From Fidelibacterota bacterium (GTDB taxonomy: Bacteria; Fidelibacterota; Marinisomatia; Marinisomatales; Marinisomataceae), in the NCBI GenBank assembly GCA_965212055.1, contig OZ243041.1, positions 883,736-947,735 of the forward strand: a DNA stretch of 64,000 nt, written 5' to 3'. The stretch's first letter is position 1; each line of letters starts with the position of its first letter. This document shows positions 56,502-64,000 of this stretch, piece after piece. Made by a program: the position numbers and the translations under genes. The notes beneath the pieces were generated by a model that was not told where the DNA came from, ran no database searches, and saw only the letters and a program-made list of their open reading frames with translations.

Positions 56502-57424
56502 TTTTTAAACTGATTTTTAAATTCTTTTCTTAACAATTTTGCAAATTCAACATTTCCTTTATGTCCACTTTTGATAGCAGTAATATGTCCTAATATCGGC
56601 TTACCTAATAATGCTAAATCTCCAATAAGGTCTAATGTTTTATGTCTAACAGGCTCATTTCTAAAACGTAATACCTGAGTTTTATGTAAACCTCTATCTC
56701 CTTTGAAAAATTTAATTCCAAATCTTTCTTTAAAAATCTTTACTTCTTCATCTTCAATATCTTTATCCACAATAATAACAGCGTTACCTAAATTACCTCC
56801 TTTAATAAGTCCTTGTTTTGCCAATCCTTTAATTTCACTTAATAAACAAAATGTTCTTGCTGGAGCAATCTGAGTTTGATAATTCTGAGACATATTGTGT
56901 ACCGATGAATACTGTACATCTAAATCTTCAAGATCATACTGAATGGTAAATGTTGTTTTAAAACCATCATATGGCACCCCTACAACTTCAACATCTTTTT
57001 CTTCATCAGTATATACAACAGGTTTTGTTATTTTTAAAAAATCTACATCTGCCTCTTGTTCGACTATACCAGATTCTACTAATGCTGAAACAAAATCTTT
57101 AGCACTTCCATCCATCACAGGCGGTTCTTTACTATTTAATTCAATAAGTAAGTTATCAATTCCCATTCCAGCACATGCAGATAATACATGTTCTGTAGTA
57201 TGAACTTTTATTCCATTTTCTTGAATAGTGGTCCCTCTAGTTAAATCAATAACATTATCTAAATCTGGTGTAACATATTGGTCTGCTTTATCGGTGCGAA
57301 GAAATTTAATTCCGAAATTTTCAGGGGCTGGATTGAAGGTGATAGTACTTTCTACCCCGGTATGTAATCCAACGCCAGTACAAGACACTGGGGCTTGAAT
57401 TGTCTTTTGCTTTTTTCTTGTCAT
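56498..57424 (-). CDS. lpxC: UDP-3-O-acyl-GlcNAc deacetylase
   Basis: 308 aa. GVGLHTG, TTEHVLSA and VRHKTLDLIGDLALLG. Confidence 0.94.
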   Translation of the reverse strand: MTRKKQKTIQAPVSCTGVGLHTGVESTITFNPAPENFGIKFLRTDKADQYVTPDLDNVIDLTRGTTIQENGIKVHTTEHVLSACAGMGIDNLLIELNSKEPPVMDGSAKDFVSALVESGIVEQEADVDFLKITKPVVYTDEEKDVEVVGVPYDGFKTTFTIQYDLEDLDVQYSSVHNMSQNYQTQIAPARTFCLLSEIKGLAKQGLIKGGNLGNAVIIVDKDIEDEEVKIFKERFGIKFFKGDRGLHKTQVLRFRNEPVRHKTLDLIGDLALLGKPILGHITAIKSGHKGNVEFAKLLRKEFKNQFKK

Positions 57425-58365
57425 TCTTTAATTAATTTTTTTAAGCGCTTTTCTAAAATTTCTACTTTAGTAAATACAGCATCACGTTTCTGTTTTTCTT
57501 TAATTTCTCTTGCCGGATTTCCTGCATACATCTGATTGCCTTTTACAGATTTTAATACAACTGATCTTGCAGCAAAAATTGATTTTTCTCCCACAATAAC
57601 ATGCGGTCCAACATCCACTTTTCCACCAAGCATTGAATAAGCGCCAATAGTAACACTTCCCCCAAGAAATGTACCGCCTGAGATCAAACAACCTTCCTCT
57701 ACTGTAACATTATGAGCAATATGAACTTGATCATCCATTTTACAAGAATCTTTAATAACAGTATTTTTTACTGACCCCTTATCGATTGTACAATTTGCAC
57801 CAATTTCTACCATATCACCAATAATTACACTTTTAATATGAGGAATTTTATGGTGTTTATTATTAATAGTCGCAAAGCCAAATCCATCTGCCCCAATAAT
57901 GGCACCAGAATGGATTAAACAATCTTGACCAATTTGAACATCATTATATATCACAACTTGAGCACCAATTATGGTACCGCTTTTTATTGTAACATTATCT
58001 CCAATGACAGAAAAAGGCCCAATAGTAACATCTGAATCAATTGTAGCAGATTCTGCAATAACAGCATTAGGATGAATAGCATGTTTAAGATCTTGATTTT
58101 TGGAAAATAAAGTAAGGATTGTTATCATCGCCAGATAGGGCTGTTCAACAACAATGCCATTATAGCCTGCTAAATCTTTTTCAGAATCAGAAACAAAAGC
58201 AGATGCTTTAGAGGATGACATCTTTTTTTGGTATTTAGGTAAAAAAGAAAATGTTATTGAACCTTCAGATGCTTCATTAATATCATCAACAGAAGCAATT
58301 TGAACTGAAGAATTACCAACAACTTTCCCCTTTACTTTTAAAGCAATTTGTTCAAGAGTAAGCAA
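57421..58365 (-). CDS. lpxD: UDP-3-O-acylglucosamine N-acyltransferase
   Basis: 314 aa with a TTG start. An N-terminal LpxD domain, then many hexapeptide repeats and a C-terminal helix. Confidence 0.9.
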   Translation of the reverse strand: MLTLEQIALKVKGKVVGNSSVQIASVDDINEASEGSITFSFLPKYQKKMSSSKASAFVSDSEKDLAGYNGIVVEQPYLAMITILTLFSKNQDLKHAIHPNAVIAESATIDSDVTIGPFSVIGDNVTIKSGTIIGAQVVIYNDVQIGQDCLIHSGAIIGADGFGFATINNKHHKIPHIKSVIIGDMVEIGANCTIDKGSVKNTVIKDSCKMDDQVHIAHNVTVEEGCLISGGTFLGGSVTIGAYSMLGGKVDVGPHVIVGEKSIFAARSVVLKSVKGNQMYAGNPAREIKEKQKRDAVFTKVEILEKRLKKLIKE

Positions 58366-58377
58366 GGAAATCTCGGG

Positions 58378-58893
58378 TTATTCTGTAGAGCTATTTTCTT
58401 CGTTTAATTTTCTTAATTCAGTAAGAACATCATCAGTAATATTAAGCTTAGGATTCACATATAGCGTTGCAGCGCTTCCATCAATCACAATAGTATATCC
58501 GTGTTTTATTGCGACGCTTTCTACAGCTTTCTTGTATTTCTGAATTAACTCATACTCAAGCGCTTGTTCTTTTTTAGAAAGCTCATTATTAAAGACTAAA
58601 GAATAATTTTGCATAGCCTGCTGCATCTCAATGATATCTGTTTCTTTTGCCTTTTTCAGTTCTGCAGACATTTTAAGGCTATCTTCGTTATATTCTTTTC
58701 CCATGCTGTCTAATTCGGCTTGCATGGCCTCAAATTCTTTGATCTTATCTCCGAACTCTAATCTTAACTGCTCCTCAACATCTTTAAACTCTTCATATTC
58801 TAGTACAATTCTTTCACTATAGACTACACCAATTTTTTCTTGTGTAAATGATATAGATATCAATAATACCAAAATAGCTATTTTTTTATACAC
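58378..58893 (-). CDS. skp: periplasmic chaperone Skp/OmpH
   Basis: The start is taken at GTG 58893 (VYKKIAILVLLISISFTQE signal peptide), 6 nt after AAGGAG (58901-58906), which overlaps the bamA stop. Coiled-coil E/K-rich body, between bamA and lpxD. Confidence 0.8.
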   Translation of the reverse strand: MYKKIAILVLLISISFTQEKIGVVYSERIVLEYEEFKDVEEQLRLEFGDKIKEFEAMQAELDSMGKEYNEDSLKMSAELKKAKETDIIEMQQAMQNYSLVFNNELSKKEQALEYELIQKYKKAVESVAIKHGYTIVIDGSAATLYVNPKLNITDDVLTELRKLNEENSSTE

Positions 58894-58904
58894 TTTATTC
58901 TCCT

Positions 58905-61289
58905 TTAGTACGTTTGTCCAAATGTTATTGTATATTCCCATCCGTTAGGGTTACCATCACCTGTAATATCGTCAAATCCATATCCCATATCAAATCCTAA
59001 TAAACCAATCCCTGGCATAAAAAATCGAACACCTACTCCAGCAGATTTTTGCATTGATAGAGGCCCATGTCTATCTAAGTAAAAAGGTTCAGACATAGAA
59101 CTGGTATTCCAAACATTCCCCATTTCGGCAAATGTCATAAAATAAATGACTGGGTTCTCAGATAATGGATATCTTAATTCAGTAGTAATTTTACTCATTG
59201 CATTTCCACCAACAGCCTGTCCTGACGTTGTTTGTGGACCAACAGAATTATCTGGATACCCTCTTAGGGCATTCCCATATGGTATTCCGTTTCCTCCCAT
59301 AATGAATCTTTCATCAAATGGAATAAAGCTTTGGGTATCGTCGCCTACATTTAATGTTTTTATAACCCCAACTTTCAAAGAACTATATAATACAAATTTA
59401 GAAAATGTAGGTGTAAACCAGTCTAAATCCAACACATGCTTTTGGAAATTTTCATTTCCTCCTAATACTCCACCAGAATATGTTGTTTCGACCTGAAATT
59501 TTGACCCTCTGGTTGTAAATTCTGCACGATCTCGGCTATCCCTAGCAATTACTTGAGATAAGCTCAATCCTCTGGTTTTTTGTAAACCTCCTAGATAAGA
59601 TTCAATATCGGTTTCAGATCCATCATATTCTTTTTGCATAACTCTTGCAGACCACATTATACGGAAAAAATCATCTGGCCATTCTAGGCGTCTACCAAAA
59701 CTAAAAGAACCTCCTGCAACAGTAAAATCTAGCGGGAAATAATAGTTGGTTGAAGATCCTCTATAAGAATAAAATAATGAACCTCCAATTAGATACGGAC
59801 TATCATTAACCATAGGATCTTGGAAAGTTAAATTGAAAGAACGATATTTTGATGGATCTTGATTGGAATAAAATGAGAAATTAGTACCTGTACTCATTCC
59901 AATATTAAATCTTTGTCCACGACCCATAAAATTATCAAATTCAACTCCTGCACCACCCGTCATACCATATTCACCGGTAAATCCAAGATTCGCATTAATT
60001 CTTTGGGTAGATTTCTTTTCTTCAACAATAAAATCTAAGTCTACTTTATCTTCTGCAACCGGATTAACATCTGGAATAACATTATCAAAATAATTTAAAA
60101 TCCAAATATCGCGCTGACTGCGCATTAGTTTTGCTCTACTAAATACATCTCCAGGAAATAATTTTAATTCTCTGCGAATAATATTTTCTCTTGTTCTTTC
60201 ATTCCCAGAAACAAAAATGTTGTTTATATAGACCTTACTACCTTCATTAAAAATAAAATGAACATCAATTGAATCTTCACCGACAGGAACAACTTCTGGA
60301 ATTACATTACTAAAAATATATCCCTCATTGTTATAAAGACTCATCATGTCTTCAAAAACATTTTTTTCAAAATTTTCTCTTGAAAACAAATCTCCTTCTT
60401 GTAGACCTAGAAGTATCTCTAATTTTTCAGAATCAACAATTTCATTTCCTTCAAATGTAAAATTGCGATATTTATATTTGTTACCCTCATTGATTGTTAC
60501 AAATAATGTTAAAGAAAGATCTTCTTCGTTTACAACTAAAGTATCTTTTAACACATTAAAATCACGATATCCTTCATTTTGATAAAATGTTTTTAAGAGT
60601 TCTTTATCTTCTTTAAACGATTTTTCATTGAAACTTTTCACCCAAAAACTATACCATTTTCGCTCTTTTGTATCTTTAAGTTCTTTTTTTAACTTGCGAT
60701 CTGAAAAATTATCATTCCCGACAAAATTGATATTTCTAAGACGAAATTTATCATTTTCTTTGATACTAAAAATAACATCTCTAGCGTACTCATTGCGCAC
60801 TAAGGTGTCTTGTGGAACTTCAATAGATGCTTCAACTTCCACAGAAAAATACCCATCTTCATGATAAACTTCTTTAATCTTTTCTTCTGCTGAAGACAGG
60901 GAATTTGGTCTAATCCTTTGTCCAATACGTAAATCAATTTTATCAGTAAATCGCCCTTCTCTTACTGAATTTCCACGAAAAATAATATTATTGAGCGTTG
61001 GGCTTTCTTTAACCTTAATAGTAATCTCCACTCCATACTCAGACTCATTGTTAAGAACAATATCAATATCATCAAATAGATTAAGATCCCATAACCGTGT
61101 TAAGGCTGTTGAAATATCTGCTCTCTGTATTTTGGTACCATCTCTTAGACCGGCAGAATATTTAATCATTTTATCAGAAGTGGTCACATTCCCTTCGATA
61201 TTAACACGATACAGATTTACTTCCTGAGTAAATACAGCAGTAGTTAATAAGAAAAAAAGAGCAAACGTGTATTTGTTAATCATTTTCAA
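58905..61289 (-). CDS. bamA: outer-membrane protein assembly factor BamA
   Basis: 794 aa. Signal peptide, five POTRA-like repeats (e.g. I.FVGN..F....L), and a C-terminal 16-strand barrel region ending ...TITFGQTY. Confidence 0.92.
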   Translation of the reverse strand: MKMINKYTFALFFLLTTAVFTQEVNLYRVNIEGNVTTSDKMIKYSAGLRDGTKIQRADISTALTRLWDLNLFDDIDIVLNNESEYGVEITIKVKESPTLNNIIFRGNSVREGRFTDKIDLRIGQRIRPNSLSSAEEKIKEVYHEDGYFSVEVEASIEVPQDTLVRNEYARDVIFSIKENDKFRLRNINFVGNDNFSDRKLKKELKDTKERKWYSFWVKSFNEKSFKEDKELLKTFYQNEGYRDFNVLKDTLVVNEEDLSLTLFVTINEGNKYKYRNFTFEGNEIVDSEKLEILLGLQEGDLFSRENFEKNVFEDMMSLYNNEGYIFSNVIPEVVPVGEDSIDVHFIFNEGSKVYINNIFVSGNERTRENIIRRELKLFPGDVFSRAKLMRSQRDIWILNYFDNVIPDVNPVAEDKVDLDFIVEEKKSTQRINANLGFTGEYGMTGGAGVEFDNFMGRGQRFNIGMSTGTNFSFYSNQDPSKYRSFNLTFQDPMVNDSPYLIGGSLFYSYRGSSTNYYFPLDFTVAGGSFSFGRRLEWPDDFFRIMWSARVMQKEYDGSETDIESYLGGLQKTRGLSLSQVIARDSRDRAEFTTRGSKFQVETTYSGGVLGGNENFQKHVLDLDWFTPTFSKFVLYSSLKVGVIKTLNVGDDTQSFIPFDERFIMGGNGIPYGNALRGYPDNSVGPQTTSGQAVGGNAMSKITTELRYPLSENPVIYFMTFAEMGNVWNTSSMSEPFYLDRHGPLSMQKSAGVGVRFFMPGIGLLGFDMGYGFDDITGDGNPNGWEYTITFGQTY

Positions 61290-61993
61290 CTTAATACCTT
61301 ACCATATTTTCTTTTTCGTTGTCCAAAATCATTTAAGGCAGAAATTAAATCATCTTCCGCAAATTCAGGCCAATTTTTTTTACTAACATAAATTTCGGAA
61401 TAAGCAGATTGCCATAATAAAAAATTGCTTAATCTGTTTTCTCCTCCAGTTCTAATAATTAAATCTGGGTCTGGCATCGTAGGAGCATATAGATAATTTT
61501 TAAAAATTTCTTCATCTATACGCTTATTGTCAGACGTAATAATCTTGTTGATAGCATCCACAATTTCTTGACGACCACCATAACTAAGAGCCAATGTTAA
61601 CACTAACCCAGTATTATTTTTTGTACTTTCAATAACATCCATAATTAATTCCTGTAATTCGGCCGGTAAATCCTCTAATTTTCCAACGATTTTTAGGGCA
61701 ATATTGTTCCTATTTAACTTCTCTAATTCATTTTTTAAACTAGACGACAATAGGGACATTAAACTACTAATTTCATCTTTAGGTCTTTGCCAGTTTTCTT
61801 TAGAAAAAGTATAAAGTGTTAAATGAGGAATTTCTAGACGAACACACGCTTCTACAATATTTCTGACTGTTTCTACTCCTTGGATATGACCTGATAATCG
61901 TTTCATATTTTGGTTTGTAGCCCATCTACCATTTCCATCCATTATAATACCAATATGGATAGGCAAATTATTATGTTCTAATTTTACACTCAT
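61286..61993 (-). CDS. uppS: undecaprenyl-diphosphate synthase (cis-prenyltransferase)
   Basis: 235 aa. HIGIIMDGNGRWA, LTLYTFSKENW and IRTGGENRLSNFLLWQ. Confidence 0.94.
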   Translation of the reverse strand: MSVKLEHNNLPIHIGIIMDGNGRWATNQNMKRLSGHIQGVETVRNIVEACVRLEIPHLTLYTFSKENWQRPKDEISSLMSLLSSSLKNELEKLNRNNIALKIVGKLEDLPAELQELIMDVIESTKNNTGLVLTLALSYGGRQEIVDAINKIITSDNKRIDEEIFKNYLYAPTMPDPDLIIRTGGENRLSNFLLWQSAYSEIYVSKKNWPEFAEDDLISALNDFGQRKRKYGKVLS

Positions 61994-63087
61994 AATGACA
62001 TTACTTTTTTTGCTAAATCAATAAAAATATTTTTGATTTCAGAATCTTCTTCTTGGAAAACAATAGGATTGCCACTATCAATAGATTGCATTAAATCATT
62101 CGAATATGGAATCTCAGCTAAAAATGGAATATTTAATCTTTTACTTTCGTCTAAACCGCCACCTTTTTTAAAGAGATGGAATTTTAATTGAAATGAACCA
62201 TCTTTTTCCACTGGAATTTTTTCATCATTAACAACAATATGGGAATCTGAATTATTAACAACTGTACCATCAATATTCATATAAGACATGTTTTCAACCA
62301 CTCCTAACAAATCTGTCTCTACTTTTCTAAACATATCAGCGCCTTTTCTTACATCTGCTAGCGCAATATCATTTGGTGTGGTTACAATAATTGCACCATC
62401 AAGTGGTATTTTTTGCGAAAGCGTTAACTGAACATCACCAGTTCCTGGTGGAAGATCAAGAATTAAATAATCTAAATCTCCCCATACAACATCTCTAAAA
62501 AATTGTTCAGTCATTTTTGCTACCAATGGACCTCTCCATACTACAGGAGCCTGATTTCCACTAATAAATCCAAAACTCATTAATTTTAAATTATTTTTCT
62601 TAAGTGGGATAATTTTTTTGTTCTCATCAACTTCTGGATTTTCATTAATGCCCATAGTAAGAGGAAGAGATGGACCATAAATATCTAAATCAAGTAAACC
62701 AGTTTTGCAACCAGCATTTGATAGTGCAGCAGCTAAGTTTAATGCAATTGTTGATTTACCAACACCACCTTTGCCACTTGCAATTGCAATAATTTTTTTA
62801 ATATTACCTTCAACATTTCTATCTTTATTTGATGTATCAACAGTTTTACGAGGTGGGCTGTCTAATATTTTGATTTTTATATCATAGTCGGTATCATTTA
62901 AGGTGTTTTGAATTTCAGCAATTAACTGATCTTTTTTCTTATCATTAGAAGAAGAAACAGATAAAAACAAGGTTATCGTCTTGTGATCAATAACAATATC
63001 TTTTATCATCCCAAAAGAAACAATATCACGATTAAATCCAGGGTAATTAACCGTTTTTAATTTTTCTAATATTTGATTTTTATCCAT
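61990..63087 (-). CDS. Mrp/ApbC/NBP35-family P-loop ATPase with N-terminal DUF59-like domain; CxxC motif absent
   Basis: 365 aa. IAIASGKGGVGKST (deviant Walker A) and DLPPGTGD. After VENMSY the usual CxxC is replaced by a Cys-free insertion. Confidence 0.82.
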   Translation of the reverse strand: MDKNQILEKLKTVNYPGFNRDIVSFGMIKDIVIDHKTITLFLSVSSSNDKKKDQLIAEIQNTLNDTDYDIKIKILDSPPRKTVDTSNKDRNVEGNIKKIIAIASGKGGVGKSTIALNLAAALSNAGCKTGLLDLDIYGPSLPLTMGINENPEVDENKKIIPLKKNNLKLMSFGFISGNQAPVVWRGPLVAKMTEQFFRDVVWGDLDYLILDLPPGTGDVQLTLSQKIPLDGAIIVTTPNDIALADVRKGADMFRKVETDLLGVVENMSYMNIDGTVVNNSDSHIVVNDEKIPVEKDGSFQLKFHLFKKGGGLDESKRLNIPFLAEIPYSNDLMQSIDSGNPIVFQEEDSEIKNIFIDLAKKVMSL

Positions 63088-63100
63088 TATAATTCAATTA

Positions 63101-64000
63101 TTAGTTTGGCCAATAAATATATTCATCACCTTTTTTGTATTCTTCTCCAATATGCTTATCAATTAATTGTGGTGCATTGAGTGCAGAAGGCCACAAAGAA
63201 GCAACTTGTTCTGATTCATGTTTATTGAGAAGCTCTTCAAGAACAATTAATTGCTCTGGGTGAGAAGAAGCAAGGTTGGTTGTTTCTGTTGGATCTTCAT
63301 TTAAATTAAATAGCCATTTTTTATCAGGTTTATCTGTTCTAATTAACTTCCAACCTTTATGTAAAATAGTTTGGTTATGTCCTTGTTTCCAAAATAATGT
63401 CTCATGCGGTATTCCTTGATTGGTGCCATTTACAAATGGCAAGAAGTCTACCCCGTCTAATTTCCTATCAGTAGGAATATTGGCAGTTGCTGCAGCTGCA
63501 ATCGTATGAAAAATATCAGTATGATGAACTGGGGGTGTAAATGTAGTTCCTGGTTTAATTTTGTCTGGCCACTTTGCCATAAAAGGAATGTGAAGTCCTC
63601 CTTCAAAATGTGTTAATTTCCAACCCCTATAAGGCTTGTTAATATCAGAAAGCTCTATATAGCTAGCTCCACCATTGTCGCTTGTAAGAATAATCAAAGT
63701 ATTGTTCGATAAACCATTTTTTTCTAATGCATCAACAATGCGTCCAACGCTTCTATCAAGTGCTTCAATCATGCCAGAGTAGACTTGCATATTATGGTTC
63801 ATATTTTGATGAGCAAATAAATCAAAATCACTTTTTAATGATTGTAATGGATTATGGACTGCCCAATGACCTAAATAAAGAAAAAATGGTCTATTTTTGT
63901 TGTTTTCTATCACTTGTATCGCTTCATCTGTATAATAATCAGTAAGATATCCTCCGGGAGCAAAACGGGGACCTTTGTTAAATATTGCACTAAATTGACT
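63101..64000 (-). CDS. sulfatase (arylsulfatase family), C-terminal part; N-terminus beyond the right edge
   Basis: The frame stays open to position 64000 (my translation ...GPRFAPGGYLTDYYTDEAIQVIENNKNRPFFLYLGHWAVHNPLQ). TSDNGG and GGLHIPFMAKWP are sulfatase blocks. Confidence 0.8.
   Translation of the reverse strand, partial: SQFSAIFNKGPRFAPGGYLTDYYTDEAIQVIENNKNRPFFLYLGHWAVHNPLQSLKSDFDLFAHQNMNHNMQVYSGMIEALDRSVGRIVDALEKNGLSNNTLIILTSDNGGASYIELSDINKPYRGWKLTHFEGGLHIPFMAKWPDKIKPGTTFTPPVHHTDIFHTIAAAATANIPTDRKLDGVDFLPFVNGTNQGIPHETLFWKQGHNQTILHKGWKLIRTDKPDKKWLFNLNEDPTETTNLASSHPEQLIVLEELLNKHESEQVASLWPSALNAPQLIDKHIGEEYKKGDEYIYWPN

Noticed and set aside
1-64000. CRISPR arrays, prophage, transposons, toxin-antitoxin or known defence systems.
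   Set aside because: Reading through all intergenic regions and the ORF list, I saw no regularly spaced repeats, no transposase/integrase/recombinase-like proteins and no recognisable defence-gene signatures. Detection of long dispersed repeats would need computation I cannot do here.

Overview
This is a 64 kb window from an AT-rich diderm bacterium. Spot counts by hand give about 25% GC in typical genes. Lineage cannot be fixed without searches. A CarboxypepD_reg-type TonB receptor, FloA/NfeD and DUF3108 hint weakly at a marine FCB-group-like organism. There are three blocks. (1) 1-4.9 kb is housekeeping: fabH, RNase P RNA (rnpB), a COG1579 zinc-ribbon protein, metK and ahcY. (2) 4.9-38.4 kb is a roughly 33 kb surface-glycan locus, mostly on the minus strand. 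It holds PglF/PglC-like initiation genes, a frameshifted GT4, gpmA with partial ADP-heptose genes, and an OMP plus M1 lipoprotein peptidase. It continues with a Wzx flippase fused to a GT4, a sulfation module with a tRNA-Met(CAU) embedded between its genes, and Wzz/Wza export. It then carries a CapE/FnlA-type 2-acetamido-6-deoxy-L-hexose trio, a GT4, an EpsG/Wzy-like polymerase, several SDR enzymes and a DegT aminotransferase. It also contains an unorthodox run of an alkaline-phosphatase-fold enzyme, an NTP transferase, a HAD-IIA-like protein, a CofD/YvcK-family protein, a GT2 and a Pol-beta NTase-like protein. I regard that run as the best candidate for an undescribed glycan phosphodiester-decoration pathway. 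(3) 38.6-64 kb is core genome: a GC-richer TonB-dependent receptor, dnaG-cvpA-yqeY, a degenerate methyltransferase-like gene, coaE-adk, floA-nfeD and lpxL-tsaC. It ends with a long envelope operon (mrp-uppS-bamA-skp-lpxD-lpxC-fabZ-lpxA-dxr-rseP) and a sulfatase truncated at the right edge. Other oddities: DnaG has lost all four zinc ligands, Mrp/ApbC has lost its CxxC motif, and lpxA and one NTP transferase lack a canonical start codon ahead of conserved N-terminal sequence. No CRISPR array, transposase or integrase was seen. All family calls rest on motifs recognised by eye, not on searches.
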